From Octopus vulgaris (Eukaryota), in contig OX597818.1 in NCBI GenBank assembly GCA_951406725.2, positions 125,984,001 through 126,048,000 on the forward strand: a stretch of 64,000 bases of DNA, in the 5' to 3' direction. Shown in pieces: positions 41,657 to 55,941 of this stretch. Made by a program: the position numbers and the translations under genes. The number at the start of each line of letters is the position of its first letter. The first letter of the stretch is position 1. Below the pieces are notes generated by a model, which was not told the DNA's origin, did no database searches, and worked only from the letters and a program-made list of their open reading frames with translations.

Positions 41657-41727
41657 ACGGCTACTTGGATTCGAACCCACGCCCTTCAGATACCGGCTGA
41701 GTACTTTACCGTTAAGGTAAACGGTCC
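41657..41727 (-). other. tRNA-like sequence (SINE head or pseudo-tRNA)
   Basis: A-box-like TACCTTAACGG, anticodon-like arm TCAG-CCGGTAT-CTGA and B-box GGTTCGAATCC; acceptor stem poor. Confidence 0.5.
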
Positions 41728-41964
41728 AGTGACACCAAATTTAGTTCTAAATAATAACAGCTTTAGGAATGCGACAAAATTTTACAAACAAACTTCGGAA
41801 GCCTCGAATATATATATATTGCCCTTCATAAGCCAGTACGCCGAAATTTCGGTTTTACTCACCGCTTTTAATATAAAAGTATAAAACTTCTCTACACTTT
41901 AAAAATATTGAGTAATTCTTCAGTTTAATGTAAAATTGTTTTTTATCATTTTAACTCATCATAA

Positions 41965-42350
41965 GGCGGCGAGCTGGCAGAAATGTTAGCACGCCGGGCC
42001 AAATGCGTAGTCGTATTTCGTCTACCGTTACGTTCTGAGTTCAAATTCCGCCGTGGTCGACTTTGCCTTTCATCCCTTTCGAAATCGATAAATTAAGTAC
42101 CAGATCTGTATTGGGGTCGATCTAATCAACTGGCCCCCTCCCCCAAAATTTCTAGCCTTGTGCCTAAAGTAGAAAAGAATCGTTATTACGAAATATAAAT
42201 GCTTTGTGGCATTTCGTCAACCGTAGTTGACTTTGTATTTCATTCTATCGGGGTCGACAAATTAATTACCAGTCAAGCAGTGGGCTCGATAAAATCGACT
42301 AGACTCCTCCTCCAAAATTTCAGGCATTGTACCTATTTGTAGAAATTATT
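41965..42350 (+). mobile_element. Nin-like SINE plus a partial tandem copy
   Basis: Same family as 38761-38990. Confidence 0.8.
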
Positions 42351-42541
42351 ATGACTTGTTATAAAACAAACATTATCGACTTAATCCGTTTGTGTGTCCT
42401 AGTTTGTCCCCTCTGTGTGTAGACAAGTTAATTCACGTTAATTTCACGAGCAAGCTGTTCCGTTGATCGGATCAACTGGAACTCTCGTCGTCGTAACTGA
42501 TGGAGTACACGTTTTATAATACACACACATACACACACACA

Positions 42542-42609
<68 letters not shown>

Positions 42610-42614
42610 CATAT

Positions 42615-42780
42615 AGTTCAAATTTACAGAAAAACAAAAAACGAAGACAGGTGTATAAACAACAAGCAGGTATATTAGTTTGACTCCCGGGAAGGTGAGA
42701 AAGTCCTTCACGTTTCGAGCCTACGCTCTTCAACAAAAGGAGCATGAGGAAATAAACAGATAGAGAATAAAAAAACTTTA
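42615..42780 (-). mobile_element. PLE terminal-repeat fragment with variant minimal HHR (42705-42740)
   Basis: Minus strand CCTT-TTGTTGA-A-GAGC(GTAG)GCTC-GAAA-CG-TG-AAGG. Confidence 0.5.
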
Positions 42781-42848
42781 TATATATACACACACACAAT
42801 TATATATAAAAAAATAGAATTTAGATTCATTTGAATTAGGTACTTAAA

Positions 42849-43630
42849 TTGAGGCATCTTGTTTGGACGATATTATTTGCACACTTCAACAATATTAAGT
42901 GAGTATCAAACTCTACATAGAATTCTTTTCCACCCGACATTCATGCAGTGTATGCAGATGGCACGAGCGAACTTAGTGAATAAATCCGCTTTTGTTTGTT
43001 CACTCATGTACTTTATATAAAGATACTTTCCAAATATTTCCAAAGTGCAGATTCCACAGTAGGTGAGTAAAATATTGAGGCATCTTGTTTGGACGATATT
43101 ATTTGCACACTTCAACAATATTAAGTGAGTATCAAACTCTACATAGAATTCTTTTCCACCCGACATTCATGCAGTGTATGCAGATGGCACGAGCGAACTT
43201 AGTGAATAAATCCGCTTTTGTTTGTTCACTCATGTACTTTATATAAAGATACTTTCCAAATATTTCCAAAGTGCAGATTCCACAGTAGGTGAGTAAAATA
43301 TAAATGACTCGCAAAAATCTATAAGTGTAAATTCATTACGGCGTTTCGAGTGACTCCGTTAATTTATCAATGAAAGCATTACATCATTACAAAGAAAACC
43401 GTTCTCATCAGATGAACCGCATAGACCTCAAGCATAATAGACAAGTTAGATATTTAAACATATTCATATCATCAATAGAGAACAAATATTTACAATGATT
43501 TCGCTCTCTAAATTTTTGGGGCTATCTATTGATGATATAAATACGTTTAAATATGTAACATGTCCTTTATGTTTGCGGTCTATGTGGTTCATCTGATGAG
43601 AACGGTTTTCTTTGTAATGATGTAATGATT
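42849..43630. mobile_element. PLE-type insertion: ~227-bp tandem duplication, an HHR and an inverted repeat
   Basis: TTGAGGCATCTTG... occurs at 42849 and 43075; 43377-43490 is inverted at ~43515-43630. Confidence 0.65.
43332..43416 (-). ncRNA. Type I hammerhead ribozyme
   Basis: Minus strand TTCAT-CTGATGA-GA...TC-GAAA-C(GCC)G-TA^ATGAA; 5-bp stem I, canonical core, short stem II base. Confidence 0.7.
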
Positions 43631-43732
43631 TAATTGATCAATTACAGGAATTTACACTTGTACACCTTTGTTACTCATTTATATTTTACACACACACACA
43701 CATTCAAACATATATATACATATATGTGTATG

Positions 43733-43798
<66 letters not shown>

Positions 43799-43968
43799 CA
43801 TATCTTAAATTGCAAAGATAATCGGGAACTCGACTGAGGAAAGAAAACTCCGAATGACCCGTCCTTGTTTTCTTTGTATCGTCTATATGGATGTTTTGTT
43901 GCCCCTTGTTTGTATTATCTAACTGTCTGTATGTTTTTGTTTTGCGTTCTCGTCCCATTTTGTATTAT

Positions 43969-44028
<60 letters not shown>

Positions 44029-44488
44029 CGCTTCCGTCTTCCAAATTCACTCGTAAGGCATTCATCACTCATGCCTATTGTAGAAGATACGTACCCAAGT
44101 TGTCCGTGGAACTGAAATCACTTGGTTGCAAATTGAACTCCTTCACCACACATCCATGCCTAAACTTTTCATACGGGATGCGCCACTCCTTTTTAATCAA
44201 TTTCTAATCGGCCACGACTTCAATATATTAGAGAATGGTTACTGTGTGGTTATAGAAATAGCGTCATTAGTTTGCATTTATATTTTTCTGTATCATCAGT
44301 CGCAACAACATGTATCCAAGTGTTTTGTTTATATTTACATCATTCCTAATTATCACTTTGATTTTGCATTTAATTCAATAAAAGTGTGTGAATTATATAA
44401 AATAAACGCGCAGGTGCCTCGCAGTCATTGTTACCGCATTGAATAAAGCACATGGCTTTTTCATAAATATTTATGTATAGGTACACAG

Positions 44489-44523
<35 letters not shown>

Positions 44524-44528
44524 ATATA

Positions 44529-44699
<171 letters not shown>

Positions 44700-44795
44700 A
44701 TAAAACGGTAAGATAACAAAAGAAAGAAAGGGACCTCAATATTATGTAAATAGAGGAAATTTATCTATACAATATGTTACATTACTCGGTAGTCA

Positions 44796-44858
44796 AGATA
44801 AAACTCTGAGTTTCAGATGCCGAAGTGGAAATCCACAACACCATCTCTTCGGTTATCT
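44796..44858 (-). ncRNA. Hammerhead ribozyme, inverted copy in the PLE 3' region
   Basis: Reverse complement of 47712-47774. Confidence 0.78.
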
Positions 44859-45721
44859 GGCTATTTGAAAACGTTATGAAAAAATACCGTTAAAAATGAA
44901 GGGAAATTACTCTGTTATAACTCTGCTTGCCTGCGTACTTATACATCGCTCGCATTTTTCGTCATAAAAATTATATAAAAATACATAAAAATATATAAAA
45001 ATATATAAAAATATATAAAATCTTCTTGGGACATAACACAGAAAGCATGTTCTATCCGTTTTCTTTAGGGGACCAAAAACGTAACAGAAATTTAGTCACA
45101 TGTGGGCATGATCCGAAAAGCTCTGTCCTTGTATTTAGACATGTGGTAGGGTCTAAGCTGCTTTTCCAGATAAGCCATCTCTCCATGTCGCATAAACCGC
45201 ACCTTCCGCTGCCGTTAGTGTAGGGCTTACATCTGGCCAAAATCTTCCATTGTATGTTATAATCGACACCTTTATCTCTTAAAGACCAAATATGATTGGA
45301 TAATTGTGTCGCTTTTCTTTTGTTCCAGTGCCTAAAGCTCAAAGTGTGGTTATTGAACCTGGCCTTGAAATTACCCTCTGTCAGGCCCACGTATTTCTTC
45401 GTCGAAACGGTGTCTTTAGTGGTTATAGAGTTTACGGTAGCTTCATATATGATGGTCTTGGACATGCAAGCTCCATTTAGCGGGCACAATTCTTTATTCC
45501 TGCATGAACAGCTATTTTCTTCTTGTGTTTTTTGTATGTTATGATTGATTATGTTTTTAAAATTGGTAGTTGAACTAAAACTAATTTTTAAATTGTGTCT
45601 ATTGAAGAGTTTCCTATAAGCATGGTTAACTGGAAAATGTCTATCTATCAGTGCTAGGAAATATTTACCTATATTGAAGGCCACCTCGGGTGAGTAAGGG
45701 GGCGTAAAACCGAAAAAAGCA

Positions 45722-47518
45722 CTTTTTTCGGATAAAACCAAGAACTTATACCTGGTAGATAACAGCAAATACACACAACTCTTACACAACAGCATCACTA
45801 ATAATTATACTAAGGCTAGGGCACAGACATATAACGAAATTAATAAAGAAGCTAGCGTCATCGCCGCTAAACTTAAATTAGATAAAAAAATAGAAACCCT
45901 CCCCCAAAAAGAGGCCTTTATTACTATTAAAGATCACAAAGAAAACTTCCTTTCCAACCCTAAATGTAGGCTTATCAACCCAGCCAAGTCAGAACTAGGG
46001 ATTATTAGCAAAGAAATTTTAGATAAAATAAATACGAAAATTAAGACCGATACTAGGCTAGTGCAATGGTCCAATAGTATAGAAGTCGTAGACTGGTTTA
46101 AAGCTATTAAGAATAAGAAAAAAGCGAGGTTTACACAATTCGATATTGTTGATTTTTATGCCTCTATCTCTAAAGAACTGCTAGATAAAGCCCTAATCTT
46201 CGCTAGTGACTTCATAGAAATTAGTACCAATGATAAGGATATAATCTTCCATGCTAGAAAGACATTACTTTTCAGTGAGAATGCAAAGTGGGTAAAAAAC
46301 ACCGACACGGAGGGCGCTTTCGATGTGAGCATGGGTTCATATGATGGGGCAGGCATCTGTGATCTAATTGGACTCTTTCTCCTAGATACCTTCGGTAAGA
46401 CATTCCCTAACGTACATTTCGCCATCTACAAAGATGATGCCCTCGCCTTAACAGCTAATACAAATGGACCAGCACAAGATCGTTTTAGGAAGGATATTAT
46501 CCAGTTAATGAAACACTTCGGACTTAGTATAACTATAGACACTAACCTGACGGTTGTCAATTTCTTAGACGTTTCCTTAGATCTTAATAATAATATTTAT
46601 AAGCCTTATAGGAAACCCAATGATAGACTAAGTTATATTAATGTAGGTTCATGCCATCCCCCTATAGTATCCAAAAATTTAGTTAAAAATATTAGTAAGA
46701 GGATTTCTAGCCTCTCATCTAATGAGGACATCTTCAATAGCGTTGCCCCAGTTTATAATAAAGCTTTAAAAGATAGTGGTTTTAGCGAAAAAATAAAATA
46801 TACACCTATCACCAGCCCAACAGTAAGGAAAAGGAATAATAGAAATAGGAAGGTCATCTGGTTTACGCCCCCTTACTCACCCGAGGTGGCCTTCAATATA
46901 GGTAAATATTTCCTAGCACTGATAGATAGACATTTTCCAGTTAACCATGCTTATAGGAAACTCTTCAATAGACACAATTTAAAAATTAGTTTTAGTTCAA
47001 CTACCAATTTTAAAAACATAATCAATCATAACATACAAAAAACACAAGAAGAAAATAGCTGTTCATGCAGGAATAAAGAATTGTGCCCGCTAAATGGAGC
47101 TTGCATGTCCAAGACCATCATATATGAAGCTACCGTAAACTCTATAACCACTAAAGACACCGTTTCGACGAAGAAATACGTGGGCCTGACAGAGGGTAAT
47201 TTCAAGGCCAGGTTCAATAACCACACTTTGAGCTTTAGGCACTGGAACAAAAGAAAAGCGACACAATTATCCAATCATATTTGGTCTTTAAGAGATAAAG
47301 GTGTCGATTATAACATACAATGGAAGATTTTGGCCAGATGTAAGCCCTACACTAACGGCAGCGGAAGGTGCGGTTTATGCGACATGGAGAGATGGCTTAT
47401 CTGGAAAAGCAGCTTAGACCCTACCACATGTCTAAATACAAGGACAGAGCTTTTCGGATCATGCCCACATGTGACTAAATTTCTGTTACGTTTTTGGTCC
47501 CCTAAAGAAAACGGATAG
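45722..47518 (+). CDS. PLE reverse transcriptase plus C-terminal GIY-YIG endonuclease (5'-truncated open frame, no true start)
   Basis: The frame is open upstream of the tracked 46061 start: SDKT, AFITIKDHK, CRLINPAKS, FDIVDFY, SMGS, YKDD, FLDV, CSC-x5-C-x5-C, IIY...YVG, RFNNH, CGLC. Confidence 0.9.
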   Translation, partial: LFSDKTKNLYLVDNSKYTQLLHNSITNNYTKARAQTYNEINKEASVIAAKLKLDKKIETLPQKEAFITIKDHKENFLSNPKCRLINPAKSELGIISKEILDKINTKIKTDTRLVQWSNSIEVVDWFKAIKNKKKARFTQFDIVDFYASISKELLDKALIFASDFIEISTNDKDIIFHARKTLLFSENAKWVKNTDTEGAFDVSMGSYDGAGICDLIGLFLLDTFGKTFPNVHFAIYKDDALALTANTNGPAQDRFRKDIIQLMKHFGLSITIDTNLTVVNFLDVSLDLNNNIYKPYRKPNDRLSYINVGSCHPPIVSKNLVKNISKRISSLSSNEDIFNSVAPVYNKALKDSGFSEKIKYTPITSPTVRKRNNRNRKVIWFTPPYSPEVAFNIGKYFLALIDRHFPVNHAYRKLFNRHNLKISFSSTTNFKNIINHNIQKTQEENSCSCRNKELCPLNGACMSKTIIYEATVNSITTKDTVSTKKYVGLTEGNFKARFNNHTLSFRHWNKRKATQLSNHIWSLRDKGVDYNIQWKILARCKPYTNGSGRCGLCDMERWLIWKSSLDPTTCLNTRTELFGSCPHVTKFLLRFWSPKENG

Positions 47519-47711
47519 AACATGCTTTCTGTGTTATGTCCCAAGAAGATTTTATATATTTTTATATATTTTTATATATTTTTATGTATTTTTATATAAT
47601 TTTTATGACGAAAAATGCGAGCGATGTATAAGTACGCAGGCAAGCAGAGTTATAACAGAGTAATTTCCCTTCATTTTTAACGGTATTTTTTCATAACGTT
47701 TTCAAATAGCC

Positions 47712-47774
47712 AGATAACCGAAGAGATGGTGTTGTGGATTTCCACTTCGGCATCTGAAACTCAGAGTTTTATCT
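47712..47774 (+). ncRNA. Type I hammerhead ribozyme in the PLE 3' terminal region (CCGAAGA core variant)
   Basis: AGATAA-CCGAAGA-GATG...CATC-t-GAAA-CTC(A)GAG-TT^TTATCT. Confidence 0.78.
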
Positions 47775-47796
47775 TGACTACCGAGTAATGTAACAT

Positions 47797-47847
<51 letters not shown>

Positions 47848-48940
47848 ATACACAAATAATACATATATATATATATTATTCACACATATGTTTGTATATG
47901 TATATACATACACACATGCACGCATACTTATATATACATGCTCATGTTCCTACACATCACTTGGAAGACGAATGTTAGTTTTCCATTGTGTGTGTTTGTG
48001 TGTGTGCATGTGTGTGTGCGTGCGCGCGCGCTGGTGTGTATGTGTGTGTGTGTGTGGTATGTGCGTGTGCGTTTAAATTTCTCTTTCAGAATCCCTCACC
48101 CTTTATGAAAAAATATTTATGGCAAGATAATATAAAACCAATAACTTATGTATGTATGTATGTATGTATGTATGTATGTATTTATGTACGTATGTATATG
48201 TTTATACATATGCGTCTGTATAAACAGAATATACAATTAAAAAGTCACGGACGCTATAGAAATTTAATCTGAAAGACAACTATGGAACCGGATGTGTACT
48301 AGCGAAACCAACTGAAAGTAAATAATTTGGATAACTACCACAAACATCACAAAACAATTAACAGACAATAAAAGACTAAATTGTTGATGGTTTCTTTGTC
48401 AGGGATTTTTTCTCATATTGTTGTTATTGTTTCACCGAGTTTTGTTTTGATTCTTTTTAAATATTTCGTTTTCGTTTTTCCTCATTATTTTTTATATCTG
48501 ATGTCCTTACATTTTTTATGTCAATCCTTTCTTTTCAATTTTTTTTCTCTGATAAAATTTCGCTTTCTTTCATAGTACAGCCCCTTGTAATTCTTACTTA
48601 TCTCTCTTTATCTCTTCCTTTAGTAAGCATTATCACTCTCTCTTCCTCCTCCTCCTCTCTCTCTCTATATATATATGTTTGTCTATATATGAACGCATAT
48701 ATATACATGTGTGTATTAGTATTTAGTTTCACTTCTAGATTTCTTGCCAATGTAGAAAAGCGGTCGTTTCTAACCCAAATCCAGAGCCCCTTCATTGGAA
48801 TTTCAACAATAACAAGAGAGTTTTTGAGCAACTTTTAAAAGATTTTACATATTTTGACAGTTCTACTGATATCTTGAATCTGTAGACATTTAATTAGCTT
48901 TCTTTTTTCCGGTTCTGAGAATCATATGAATGTGTGTGTC

Positions 48941-48987
<47 letters not shown>

Positions 48988-48994
48988 ATATGTA

Positions 48995-49175
<181 letters not shown>

Positions 49176-49761
49176 ATGGGGTGTGTATGTATGAATGTAG
49201 CTGCATAAGGATTTGAAGGAAGCCTTCCTATTCTCAAACAATACTGCAGTAACGGAGCTACTTCCTGATTTCATGATGTACTCTAATGTCGTGATAAAGA
49301 TAGCTCTGGCTGTTATGTTGACTATGCCTTAGAAGAAGCAATATGGAATGGACATCAACTGCAGTACTTATTTCACGTCTGCTGCAAAATGTAACAACGT
49401 TTTTGGGCGTGCCACGGAACATCAAGATCACAAACGAATCAACATCAATTGTAAAGTCGTAGGAAAAGTAAAAATAACTCACATGCACACATTCATATAT
49501 CTGTGTGTGTGTGAATGTGTGAGTGTGTATTTGTGCGTGTGTATGAGGACGCGTTACTTGCATATGTATAAATGCACACACACATTCACATTCACACACA
49601 CACACTCGTTTTTTAAAGTTCTTCAGTGAGAAAGGAGCTGGTTTCTAACAAATGTACAAAGCACCATCGGTTGAATGTAGACAACAAAGACAATGTCAAA
49701 TTCTGAGCTGGGGCAACGTGTTCCATATTTCTACTGTTCCGCTTACAGATTGTATTTGTAA

Positions 49762-50150
49762 CTAGCAGTATCGCCCGGCGTTGCTCGGGTTTGTAAGGGA
49801 AATAACTATAAAGCATTTTTAGAGAGTTATAGCCAAAAAATAGAAAAAAATGCATTAAAAATGGAAAAAATATGATGTTAATTTTTTTTTTAAATCGTTG
49901 ACTCATCGTAGACGTTTTTAGAGAGTTACTTCCCTTTAAAAAAATATGCCTTAAAATGGAAAAAAATGATGGTAAATTATTTTTAAAATCGTAGACTCAT
50001 CGTAGACGCGTGCTATTACTCAGAAGGGCTCGATATGAATCACGACTATAAGATACCCGGTTTTGGTTAAACTGCACCGCAAAATGTGGGAGTAGTTAGG
50101 AATCTAAATCGGAGTAGACAGACACACAACTTCACTTTTATATATAAAGA
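49762..50150 (-). mobile_element. Non-autonomous Helitron
   Basis: Minus strand A|TCTTTATATATAAAAG ... hairpin CCCGAGCAACGCCGGG ... CTAG|T. Confidence 0.8.
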
Positions 50151-50291
50151 TGTGCATTTTAGCTGGTTGACTTCTTGTTCTGAAATCTTAGCTTTCCTGC
50201 ATGCATTTCTCCGTGTTGTGTGACGCCCCCAGACGACGAGGTTTTCGTAGCTCACACAGCCACTGTGTAGTATTGCGATATAACACTCTGC

Positions 50292-50496
50292 TACGAGGAG
50301 ATGCTAAAAAGTTCATGGTTTTCGGTAAATGAAAATACAAGAGGATCAGTTAATTGTGATTTTATTCAGATTAATACACTTATTGCAACGTCCTTCAATT
50401 CTTTTCAAGCCCTATAAAAGTACTCTGAAGATTGGACCTCCAGCCAGGCCTTTCTATATATCCTTAAAGCCAGGAACATTTCAGCACCCCCTCGTA
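50292..50496. mobile_element. Mariner-derived MITE
   Basis: TA-flanked TIRs TACGAGGAGATGCTAAAAAGTTC and GAACATTTCAGCACCCCCTCGTA. Confidence 0.75.
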
Positions 50497-51009
50497 CACA
50501 CATATATTTTTTTCTTGTCCCCTATGTAGAAATTTATCAGTAAAATATCAGCAATGTATAACAGTTACAAATTGGCATGCTGCTGACGTAACCATATTGA
50601 ATTATCGTAATCGGGTGAAATGTTATTATTGTCTTTGCTAAAAACGAAAATAAGCAACTTTCGCGTGGTGAATCAGCCAGGCCTCTGTACGATAATGAAA
50701 TGTAGCAGTAATCATGGGTTCAAAAGTTAAATTATATCCAAGGTTCTGCGGCAGTTGTCTAAAAATGTCCTCTTTAATATACACTGATTATCGCTGAGAT
50801 GTTCACATCTGTCGAGCAGATGACTTCTACAACGGTGCATGTTAAATTACTTTTATCCCCAGTGGTTACATTGCAAATGTATGCGCGTTCAATATATATG
50901 CTTGTATGTGTATGTGTTATATATATGTGTGTATATGTCTGTGTACGTATGCATATACATATTTATATGTATGTATATATATATTTATGTATGTATGTAT
51001 ATATGTATG

Positions 51010-51072
<63 letters not shown>

Positions 51073-51410
51073 TTATATTTATATGTAGGCGTGCGTATGT
51101 ATATGCGTGCCTTGTATTATATTCTCTTTAAAATTCTTCGACAACTAAAAAGCCTGACTTATGTTAGGAAACAGGTCCCCACTTCGACAAAAATTTACGC
51201 GTATGTATTTATGAGAATATATGTAAGTTAATCTGTTTGTGTAAGCTTGAGTGTATATATCTATAGATGTATAAAGATTTGTGCGCATATATGCATACAT
51301 GTGTAAATAGCACCGATGCATATATATTTGTGCATTTGTGTGTGTGTGCGTTCGTATGCATATGCACATATGTAAATATATATATATATATATATACATA
51401 CACACACGCG

Positions 51411-51487
<77 letters not shown>

Positions 51488-53019
51488 AATATGTATGTAT
51501 GTATACGCACATACATACATACATAAACACTCATATGTATACAGAGAGAGACTCATAAACATACGCACACATATATATTTATATATATATAAGTATATGT
51601 ATATATGTGTAAGTATATATATATATATATATATACTTATATATATATGCGTGTGGGTATATAAGCATATATATTCACGTATATATATATATATATAAGC
51701 TTATATGCATATATATATATATGTACATATACGAAAACGCACACACGCATAGACCATTAACTGACTTAATAATAATTAGATAAAGCACGATAATCTAATT
51801 TGTAAGCCACTGTGAAGCATGGTACATGGTTACCTCCTTAAACTCTTAGTTCTGAGTATTTACTTGTTATTTCTCTTGGAGTCTTAACGTCTTCTCTACT
51901 TGACATTGTTATTTTGCTTTATTTTTTATTTGGTCTGTAGTATAACATTTTTGTTACACACATAGATGACGTCACCCTTCCAGCAATCACCCCCCCCCCC
52001 GCCCATCCCTCAATAATTTGAACCGTTTGATATTATTGGAGTTTTCCTCCCTGTTTGTTTTGTTTATATTTTGAATATTCCCTACAGAATATTTTTGCTT
52101 ACTAATTGTATGGCTAATAAATTTAGTTAATCGAAGTCTTTCAACTTCCTAAATTTTATATATGAAACGTTACCATATGTGAATTTGGTACACCTAGCAC
52201 TTCCCTGAGGTATTTTACTCGCTCACCACATGGCAGATATAACTCATGCTATTTGGCATCCTATTGGGATAGTTAACGGTATATGATATGGCATATTTAT
52301 GCTGAGTTTTCAATCGTTTTCTAGTCACTATTTCAAACATGGTACCTTATGTATAATGCCATTTTAAATGCTGCTTTCTGAGGAGCTCTGTTTCATAAAA
52401 AGTACAGATACAGTTGTGTTGTTACGAATTTCAATACAAAACCAGGTGATCCGACGTTCAATCGCTGTACGTTGGACAAGTGTTAGCCTATAGTCTAGCA
52501 AAGCCATTTGAATGAAATCTTTGTCGTCAGAAATTGTACGGATGCCCCTTCCATATGCATGTATGTATGTATGCATGTGTACATGCGCACATCACACACG
52601 CACGCACACATATTGAATCTTAGAGTAAATCTATATACTGACAGGTTGAAATTGACTTTAATGTAAACGATGGAGTAGTACTAATGATGAGCTTTAATTT
52701 CAAGCGAAATTGGCTTGACAATTTATTAACCACGCTCGTTATGGGGCGGTTAATTCCCCTGAGAATGCATAGACTTGTGCTATGTTTGTGGCTATGAGGG
52801 TATTTGACTCTTGATTTCTAGCATTGCGTGTGCTACAATGCACCCTTATTCATTATTAGGGATAAGTGAACTCTTTCTTTTCGATTTTATATTGCGTCTA
52901 GTCACCTTTATCATTTCATATATATGTGTGTATATGTGTAATTTTTTCAGTCTGCGGAGAAATAGCTAAAATTTGCTCTGTTTATAATTATACCATATGT
53001 TATATATATATATGCTTGA

Positions 53020-53749
53020 AAGTAACGTGTGTTCTTCGCATTGTCCATGACAGAGAAAGTTGAGTAGAGAGCCTGCATCAAATTTTACCAAAAGCTTCAC
53101 GATACCTGCTCAGAGGCCTACGCAAAGTTTTTAAAATGTTTTCATCGTTCTCGGTACAATCAAGGAGATTTTGTTCAAGAGAAACCCGAGTGTCATTTTG
53201 ATCAGCTGAAAGCAGTTTTGATACAAACTTGACAGACACGCATCCCATACCCAAATCTTCAGTGATGATGGACTGAACTGATCCGTAACTAATCTGCACG
53301 TCCTCTGATAACTCACGGATGGTGACTAGACGATCTCCCCTCACCGCTGCACGCACATCTGCTATGTTTTTCTCAGATTTACTGATTGCAGGTCTTCTAG
53401 AACGTTCGCCACTATCGACATTTTTTCGGCCACCTTGGAAACGTCTGAACGACTCGTACACTTGTGTGTAGCTCATACACTCCTCTCAATATACTTTCTG
53501 CAACTTTGCGCAGGCTTCTGAGCATGTATCGCCATGACAACTTTCTCTGTCATGGTCAATGCGACGATCACCCGTTACACACATTACTTCGAAGCACTGC
53601 TGTAAACAGCGAAAGTTGGCTACAACGTTAAAACGTTGTACACATGCACAGCAGGGTTCAAGGTCAATCTGTACCAAGCGGTTTTACTCTGCAAGCTTTA
53701 GCTTCGCTACTATGGCAATAGTCCAGATACTTATTGATCAGACCTAGTA
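53020..53749 (-). mobile_element. Mariner deletion derivative with inverted 5' segment
   Basis: ORF 53078-53476 resembles the mariner HTH region; TIR-like TACTAGGTCTGATCAATAAGTATCTGGAC; 53036-53130 mirrors ~53500-53565. Confidence 0.75.
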
Positions 53750-55876
53750 CATACATACATACATACATTCATACATACATACATACATACATACATACAT
53801 ACATACATACACACATACATACATACATACATACACAGGACACTCCTATCTTGATGAAGAACCTGCATAGATTAGTTGTTTATAGTAATCAAGTGTTTCC
53901 ACTGCATATTAATCCATTGCTACTATATTTTATTTACTCCGGAAGAAGAAATAGCAAAGTTTTCCCCGACAGTATTTGTAAAGTATTTTGTTCAATACTC
54001 TGTTAATTATTCTGGTAATTCTGTTAATTTTCTCTCTTACATTTTTCTGACCCCTTGCTATTAAAAGTGCCATCGTATGAAATAATATCCCAACTATAGA
54101 TTTTCAAGCCTGGTAAGCGAAGAGCAGCGTTGAAAGATACCGTCAAAATTTTTGTAGTGCATCTATGAAATTAATCATGCATCCGGTACAGATTAGTAAC
54201 CGGCATAATGAGCATAATGTGAAATAAATTTCACAATAACGATGCGAGAGAAATCTAATAATACACAATACAGCGAAATGATTTCATGCTATTTATTTCA
54301 TTTTACTAATACTATTTAGCATGGCTGATTTGTGAATCGTTAGGCGATCTATCATATGAGTCCCTGAAGCAATGAGTGATATGATATTAGGGAGAGATAT
54401 TTTCTAAGATTAAAGAAACGAAAGCATTTCTAAATTGCCGTAGTGAGATAAATATACCATAGTAATTAAGGTCTAGTATCAAACGTGTTAGAAATACGAT
54501 ATTAAAAAAGCATTTACACTGAGGTTGATGGGTTTCAAATTTAGAAACCTGCCAGCCCTAAGGAAATACAAAACTATACGAAATACTCGGGGGTACTTTA
54601 TGTATATATGCGCAAGCACGTGTGCGTGCGTGTGCCTGCGTGTGTGTGGGTGTGTTTAAGAGAGATAAGTATATGTAGCTTTTGTCTTTACGTCTTGGCT
54701 TGCATATATTTTTTGTCGTCGCCTGTTATGTTGTGTTCATCTATCATGTGTCTAGACTATATACATCTGGTCAATAACATAAAAGACGTTAAGTGTTTTA
54801 TAGAGAGCGCAGGATAAAACTACTTTGGGTGTTTTGGCTAAAGTACAAAAAACACACACATTTGTAAGTTATTATGCGGTGCCAGTCATGTTACTACATT
54901 AATGTTGTATAAAACTAATGGTTTATACACTGAAATGATAACGTGCGCGCGCGTATGTGTATTGTGTGCGTGCGTGCGTGTGCATGTTGGATCTCTGTCG
55001 CTCGGTGATAAGGATTCTGGTATCCGATCAATTGAGTTGCCCGCCCCTGGATTAACTTGTGTGTGGTTAAGCATTCACAAGAAAAATAGTTAGTCACGCA
55101 AATCAATCCTAATATTTGACTGCTATCCTATTTCATCGACTCCGACACGAGAATAAGTAAACATGGTCTTCGCAAAAGTTTTAATGTTGAAGATAAAGAA
55201 TCGGAACAAATATCGCAAGGCATTTTTTACGACTTATTATCAGTTCTGCCAATCCATTTCCTTCAATGAAAATGATGATGACGACGACGACGACGATGAT
55301 GATGATGATGATGATGATGATAATAATGATGATGATGATGATGATGATGACGATGGTGATGATGATCGTGACCATGATTATGATGTCTTTTATTCGCCGC
55401 CAGTGAGACGGAAGGGTCGAGGCAAAACACAGACTTAAAGTGTGGGGACTTAAATATTGTATCTTTTTCAAAAATAGTCTTGATTATCAGCTTTAAGCCT
55501 CTTGTAGTGTATATGATTTTTTCGTTTTTCAATATTAATATGTATACGCATAATTCTCCATGGCTTTTTTCTGATAGTGAACCTGTTCCGTTATATTCTA
55601 CTAGACACACGTGGCTTTGTTTACATTATATATCCTCTCGACCTGTTACTATCTCTTTAAACATATCCGTTAGATTTGTATTTTTATGTTATATTTTACT
55701 GCACACATAGACTTGTATACACATTGATATGTCTTTCTTTTTCTCTTTCGTCTCTCTCACTACAGTACTTATTCTATCGAATCCTTATTTCTGAACCGCT
55801 AAGTTACGGGAATGTAAACACACCAACATCGGTTGTGAAGCGATGGTGGGCGGACAAACACGATCACAGAAATACA

Positions 55877-55941
<65 letters not shown>

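Noticed and set aside
41657-41727. Functional tRNA-Thr(GGT)
   Set aside because: The acceptor and T stems pair poorly; more likely a SINE head or pseudogene.
45052-45798. 248-aa minus-strand ORF as a separate endonuclease gene
   Set aside because: It is the inverted duplicate of the PLE C-terminus with a chance antisense leader.
47519-47700. SECIS element / selenoprotein, as reported for some Naiad PLEs
   Set aside because: There is no in-frame TGA in the visible ORF, and ATGAC...CGATG near 47605 is too closely spaced for a SECIS helix.
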